Shown one piece after another: positions 58,565 through 64,000 of a DNA stretch of 64,000 nt (within the stretch, counting starts at the first letter, position 1; every line of letters starts with the position of its first letter). The DNA comes from Candidatus Krumholzibacteriia bacterium. Lineage in GTDB: Bacteria; Krumholzibacteriota; Krumholzibacteriia; JAJRXK01. The DNA lies in contig JBGPIA010000005.1 of NCBI GenBank assembly GCA_041484665.1, positions 32,001 through 96,000 on the forward strand. Direction: 5' to 3'. The notes below the pieces were generated by a model. It saw only the letters and a program-made list of their open reading frames with translations. It was not told the origin of the DNA and did not search any database. A program made the position numbers and the translations under genes.

Positions 58565-60295
58565 GTGGCCAGCGCGCGCCTGGAGCGGGTGTGGATGCTG
58601 CCGCCGCTCGCGGCTCCCGCAGCGGCACAGCGTCTGTGCGCCGAGTTGGGGCTGCCGCGCGTAGCCGGCGAGGTACTCGTCCGCCGCGGCCTGCACAACC
58701 CCGCCGTAGCCCGCCGCTTCCTGGACGCTGGCGCTGCCGATCTCCACGATCCCTTCCTGCTACCCGATCTCGAGGCGGCCGCGCATCGACTCGCCCGCGC
58801 CATCCAAGGCGGCGAGCGCATCGTGGTCCACGGCGATTACGACGCCGACGGGATCACTGGTGCGGCGCTGTTGGCCGGCGCGCTGCGCCGCCTGGGCGCG
58901 CAGGCCGAGCCCTTCGTTCCCGACCGCATACGGGATGGTTACGGTGTCTCGGCGCGGCTGGTGGAGCACGCGGGCGCGCACGGCGTCACGCTCTTGATCA
59001 CCGTCGATACGGGCTCCAGCGCCGAGCTGCAGCTGCGCCGCGCCCGCGAGCTGGGGATCGACGTGATCGTCTGCGATCACCATCTGTTCGACGTACGGCC
59101 TGACGGTGCGACCTGGCTGATCAATCCGCAACGCACCGACAGCGCCTACCCCAATGCGGAGCTGTGCGGGTGCGGCGTCGCTTTCAAACTGCTCTGCGGG
59201 TTGGCGCGGGTGCTCGAGCGCCCCTGCGATGTGGAGCGCGAGCTGGACCTGGTGGCGATCGCGCTGTTGGCTGATCAGATGCCCGTGCTGGGCGAGAACC
59301 GCGCGCTGGTGCGCCTGGGGCTCGCTCGCATGGCGCAGTCGTCGAGGCCCGGTGTGCGGGCGCTGCTCGCCAGCGCCGGCCTGCAGGGCCAGGCGCTGGA
59401 TGCCAGCGACATCGCGTACCAGATCGCTCCGCGCATCAACGCCGCGGGCCGCATCGAGAGCGCGCGTACGGCGCTCGACCTGCTGCTCACCGAAGATCCG
59501 GCCCAGGCCGCGCAGCTGGCGCTGCGGCTGGGCGTGCTCAACCGCCAGCGGCAGGCCCTCGACCGCACGATGACCGACGAGGCCGTGACCCGCGCGATGG
59601 AGCTGCTGCAGGAGGGCCCGCGCGCGAGCCTGGTGCTGGCCTCGCAGGACTGGCACGTGGGCGTGGTGGGGATCGGTGCGGCGCGCCTGGTGCAGCGCTT
59701 CCACGTTCCGACGGTGCTGCTCAGCGTCATGGGCGAGGAGGCGCGCGGCTCGGCCCGCAGCGTGCCGGGGTTCGATCTGAAACAGGCCCTCGACGGCTGC
59801 GCCGGACACCTTACCCGCTACGGAGGGCATGCCGCCGCGGCCGGCCTCACGCTTCCTGCGCGCGGGATCGCAGGGTTCACGGCGCGCTTCGAGGAGGTCG
59901 CCGCGCAGATGCCGCGCCGTTCCGGTCAGGAGCCGCTCCTGCTGGATGCCGTGCTACCTCTGGGCGAGATCGACGCTGGGCTGGCGGACTTCCTGGTGAA
60001 GCTCGGCCCCTTCGGCCTCGGAAATCCGCAGCCCCTGTTCGCGGCCTATGGACTGCGGGTGACGGCGCCCCCCTCGGTCGTGGGGCAGAAGCATCTGCGC
60101 CTCGCCCTGAGCGAGGACGGCCTGCGGCGCGGCTTCATCGGGTTCGGGTTGGCCCACCACGTGCAAGAGCCGTTGCGGGGAGGGTCACGCCTGGACGTTG
60201 CCTTCCGCGCGCGATTCGTGCCGAACCCGCGCTTCGATCCGTGGGAGCTCTCCGTGGAGAGCCTGCGCGTGCTGCCACCGGAGGCCGCGCCATGA
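58565..60295 (+). CDS. recJ: ssDNA exonuclease RecJ
   Basis: HGDYDADG, GYG, ITVDTG, DHH, APRINAAGR, GSARS, GGHAAAAG. Confidence 0.96.
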   Translation: MASARLERVWMLPPLAAPAAAQRLCAELGLPRVAGEVLVRRGLHNPAVARRFLDAGAADLHDPFLLPDLEAAAHRLARAIQGGERIVVHGDYDADGITGAALLAGALRRLGAQAEPFVPDRIRDGYGVSARLVEHAGAHGVTLLITVDTGSSAELQLRRARELGIDVIVCDHHLFDVRPDGATWLINPQRTDSAYPNAELCGCGVAFKLLCGLARVLERPCDVERELDLVAIALLADQMPVLGENRALVRLGLARMAQSSRPGVRALLASAGLQGQALDASDIAYQIAPRINAAGRIESARTALDLLLTEDPAQAAQLALRLGVLNRQRQALDRTMTDEAVTRAMELLQEGPRASLVLASQDWHVGVVGIGAARLVQRFHVPTVLLSVMGEEARGSARSVPGFDLKQALDGCAGHLTRYGGHAAAAGLTLPARGIAGFTARFEEVAAQMPRRSGQEPLLLDAVLPLGEIDAGLADFLVKLGPFGLGNPQPLFAAYGLRVTAPPSVVGQKHLRLALSEDGLRRGFIGFGLAHHVQEPLRGGSRLDVAFRARFVPNPRFDPWELSVESLRVLPPEAAP

Positions 60296-62522
60296 TCCGC
60301 CGCCGCAACGACACTACCCTCGAAACGCAGGAGCTCGAGGCGCGCATGCGCAGCCTGGTGGTGAAGGTCTCGGGCTACCACCCCCAGGCGGACATGGAGA
60401 AGCTGTGGCGCGCCTTCCACCGCGGGCTCAAGGCCCACGAGGGGCAGACGCGCAAGAGCGGCGAGCCGTATTTCACCCACGCGCTGACCGTGGCCGAGAT
60501 CCTCACCGACCTGCGCCTGGACGTGGACACCATCGCCGCCGGGCTGCTGCACGACGTGGTGGAGGACACGATCATCTCGCTGGACGACCTGCGCGATGAG
60601 TTCGGTGAAGAGGTTGCGCTGTTGGTGGACGGCGTCACCAAGATCAGCGAGATCCGCTACGAGAACCCCGAGGCGCAGCAGGCGGAGAACTACCGCAAGT
60701 TTCTCCTGACCATCTCCAAAGACGTGCGCGTCATCCTCATCAAGCTGGCCGACCGCCTGCACAACATGCGCACCATCGATGCGCTGGAGCCGGACCGCCG
60801 CGAGGCCATCTCGCAGGAAACCCTCAACGTCTACGCGCCACTCGCCCATCGTTTCGGGATCGCCCGCATGAAGTGGGAGCTGGAGGACCTCGCGTTCAAG
60901 ACGCTCTATCCCGAGGAGTTCCGCACGATTGACGAAGGGATCGCCGCGCGGCGCGAGGAGCGCGAGGCGATCATCCAGCAGATCCAGGAGCCCCTGAGCA
61001 GCAAGCTGGCCGAAGCAGGCATCTCGGCCGAGATCATGGGGCGGCCCAAGCACTTCTACTCGATCTGGAAGAAGATGGAGAGCCGGGGTGCCGGCCTCGA
61101 CCAGATCTACGACCTGCTGGCCATCCGCATCATCGTCGAGTCGCTGCGCGACTGCTACCACGCGCTGGGGGTGATCCACTCCACATTCACGCCGCTGCAC
61201 GACCGCGTGAAGGACTACATCGCCAATCCCAAGTCCAACATGTACCAGTCGCTGCACACCACCGTGCGCGGCCCGTCCGGACACCTGGTCGAGGTGCAGA
61301 TCCGCACGCGGGAGATGCACCGCCGCGCCGAGGTGGGGATCGCGGCCCATTGGCGCTACAAGGAGGGCACCAAGGCGGCGACGCCCGACGAGCGCCTCGA
61401 CCAGCAGCTGCAGTGGTTCCGCGAAGTGCTGGAGTGGCAGCGCGACGTGAAGGACCCGCGGGAATTCATGGACGCACTGCGCATCGACCTGTTCGAGGAC
61501 GACGTCTACGTGTTCAGTCCGCGCGGCGACCTGTTCAAGATGCCGCGGGGGAGCACCCCTCTGGACTACGCCTTCTACGTGCACAGCGCAGTCGGGCTGC
61601 ACTGCGTCGGCGCCCGGGTGAACGCGCGGATGGTGCCGCTGCGCTACAGCCTGCGCAGCGGTGAAACCGTGGAAATCCTCACCAGCAAGGCCGCCAACCC
61701 CAGCCCCGACTGGCTGGAGATCGTCAAGACCAGCCGCGCCAAGCACCACATCCGCCACTGGATCAAGGCCCGGCAGCTCGACGAGGCGATCAAGCTCGGG
61801 CGCGAGCTGCTCGAGCGCGAGCTCAAGAAGCTGCGCGCCAAGGTCGACCTGGATAAGGAGCTGATCGAGGTCGCCCAGTCGCTGGGACACCGCGACGCCG
61901 ACCGCCTGCTGGCTGCCATCGGCAGCGGACATCTTCCCGTACAGAAGATCGTGCACCGCCTGGTGCCCACGGAGGAGCCGCGCAAGCGGCGGGTGGCCCT
62001 GCCGCCGCGGCTTCAGTCGGCGTTCCAGCGCCGCAGCGAGAGCGCGGTGCGCATCCAGGGCATCAGCAACCTGCTGATCCGCTTCGCGCGCTGCTGCCAG
62101 CCCGTTCCCGGCGATGCCATTACCGGCATCATCAGCATCGGGCGCGGCGTCTCCGTGCATCGCGCCGACTGCGCCAACGTCCGCGACGGGCTGGTGGAGG
62201 CCGAGCGCCGCGTCGAGGTCACCTGGGACGTGGCCGACGATACGACCTTTCCCGTGCACCTCACCGTGGTGGGGCAGGACCGCAAGAACCTCCTGGCCGA
62301 CATCTCCCGCTCGATCGGCGAGCTCGATTGCAACATCCAGGCGGGGAGTTTCGAGGGCACCCACGACTACGCCCGCTGCAGCTTCATGGTCGAGGTGCGC
62401 AACCTCCACCATCTCGACAAGATCATCAAGGCGATCCGCAAGATTCCCGGGGTAAGCCGCGTCGAGCGCTCCACGTTCGTCGGTGGAGGGACCCCTCTGG
62501 GCGATCACCTGGAGGGCGACGA

Positions 62523-62526
<4 letters not shown>
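60292..62526 (+). CDS. relA: Bifunctional (p)ppGpp synthetase/hydrolase (Rel)
   Basis: RKSGEPY, LLHDVVED, KLADRLHN, YQSLHT, EVQIRT. TGS and ACT domains. Confidence 0.96.
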
Positions 62527-62981
<455 letters not shown>

Positions 62982-62983
62982 GC

Positions 62984-63155
62984 GCGCCCGGGGCGGGACT
63001 CTCCGCTCGGCAGTCCTCGCCCCGCAGCGCGAACTACTATTTCGCGCCTGGAATCGCTGGCGGCGCGCTGCGGGGCTGCGGAGAGCCTCGCGGAGAGTCC
63101 CCCGCCGGGCGCGCACTCACGGCCGTGGACTCAAGCTGCGCCGACGATTACGCCC
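62984..63155 (+). repeat. Dispersed ~170-bp hairpin repeat, copy B (dtd-maf gap)
   Basis: Outer stem 62982-63006/63090-63114 (23/25 pairs). Inner stem 63019-63031/63064-63076 (13/13). Homologous to 46661-46830. Confidence 0.85.
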
Positions 63156-63264
63156 GTCGGGGGCAAGGGGCTCGCGGTCCGGCGCTGCAACGAGCTCGTT
63201 GCTGCGCGCGAGGAACTGAGCTGAGCGCTCCCGCGAACTGCGGCGCGAAGGACGCCGCGCAGGC

Positions 63265-63885
63265 ATGAGTCACGAGCATCCGTTCCTGCCGCCGCTGCCG
63301 GGGCCGCTGGTGCTGGCCAGCCAGAGCCCGCGCCGCGCGCAAGTGTTGCGTGCGCAGCAGTTGTCGTTCACGGTCGATCCGGCCGAGGTGGACGAGTCGG
63401 CGCTCCCGGGCGAAGGCCCCGTCCAGCACGTCCTGCGCTTGGGCTTGGCCAAGGCCGAGCGCGTGGCGGCCCGCCATCCGGGCGCGGTCACGCTCGGCTG
63501 CGACACGATCGTGGTGATCGACGGCGAGATCCTGGGCAAGCCCCACGACAGCGCCGAGGCGATCGCGATGTTGCAGCGTCTTGCGGGACGCGAACACCAG
63601 GTGTTCAGCGCCGTTGCCCTGGTCATCACCTCTGCTGGCTTTCGCGCGGCCGACCATGATGAGACGCGCGTGCGCTTCCGGGCGCTGACCCAGGCGGAGA
63701 TCGAGCGCTACGTGGCCACCGGCGAGCCGCTGGACAAAGCGGGGGCCTACGGCATCCAGGAGCATGGCGCGCTGCTCGTGCGGGCAATCCTGGGCTGCTA
63801 CTTCAACGTCATGGGAATGCCCTTGACGGCTCTGCGCCGTGTCTGGCTGGCCTGCGCGGCCCACCAGGGGGCGCAGCGAGCATGA
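63265..63885 (+). CDS. maf: Maf dTTP/UTP pyrophosphatase
   Basis: LVLASQSPRR, DT.V, ILGKP, EPLDKAGAYGIQ, NVMGMP. Confidence 0.95.
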   Translation: MSHEHPFLPPLPGPLVLASQSPRRAQVLRAQQLSFTVDPAEVDESALPGEGPVQHVLRLGLAKAERVAARHPGAVTLGCDTIVVIDGEILGKPHDSAEAIAMLQRLAGREHQVFSAVALVITSAGFRAADHDETRVRFRALTQAEIERYVATGEPLDKAGAYGIQEHGALLVRAILGCYFNVMGMPLTALRRVWLACAAHQGAQRA

Positions 63886-64000
63886 GCCGCTCGGATCCGA
63901 CCCGCGTCGCGGCGGGCCGGCCGGCGCTGCCCCTGACGGTGGACTACGCGCCAGGGGTTGTGCGCCTGCTCGACCAGACGCTCTTGCCCGAGGCCGTCGT
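63882..64000 (+). CDS. mtnA: Methylthioribose-1-phosphate isomerase, 3'-partial
   Basis: ATGA overlap with maf. MSRSDP..GVVRLLDQTLLPE matches the MtnA N-terminal LLDQxxLP motif. Confidence 0.7.
   Translation, partial: MSRSDPTRVAAGRPALPLTVDYAPGVVRLLDQTLLPEAV

Overview
A very GC-rich bacterial core-genome region with no transposase, integrase, CRISPR or rRNA. A FlgD-Ig/T9SS-like sorting domain and LPS genes suggest a diderm FCB-group candidate-phylum organism (Krumholzibacteriota/Latescibacterota/Eisenbacteria-like; inference). Gene order: secreted proteins, aroF, PP2C phosphatase, ccsA-hemA-hemD, queE-queC, radical SAM, waaA, waaF, two CNNM proteins, two XRE-cupin regulators, TSP3-repeat outer-membrane protein, mazG, uvrA, galE, a two-component pair, tRNA-Phe, MarR, tRNA-Thr, glmM-glmS-ridA, tRNA-Sec, lepA-lepB-hemW-lepB, hrcA-grpE-dnaK-dnaJ-rsmE-yqeY-cvpA-mutS2-dnaG-rpoD, tRNA-Ile2 and tRNA-Val, Zn-ribbon protein, rnhA, rnpB, recJ-rel-dtd-maf-mtnA. 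The most interesting signals are non-coding. (1) A complete Trp/Phe leader-peptide attenuator upstream of aroF. (2) A ~170-bp hairpin-forming dispersed repeat in two operon junctions (dnaK-dnaJ and dtd-maf). (3) A Cys-Cys MarR gene between two tRNAs, bracketed on both sides by tandem TTG-N7-CAA boxes. (4) An orphan, slightly atypical tRNA-Sec. (5) Pervasive short tandem-repeat expansions in and at the ends of housekeeping genes. All calls come from reading the sequence; no database searches were run.
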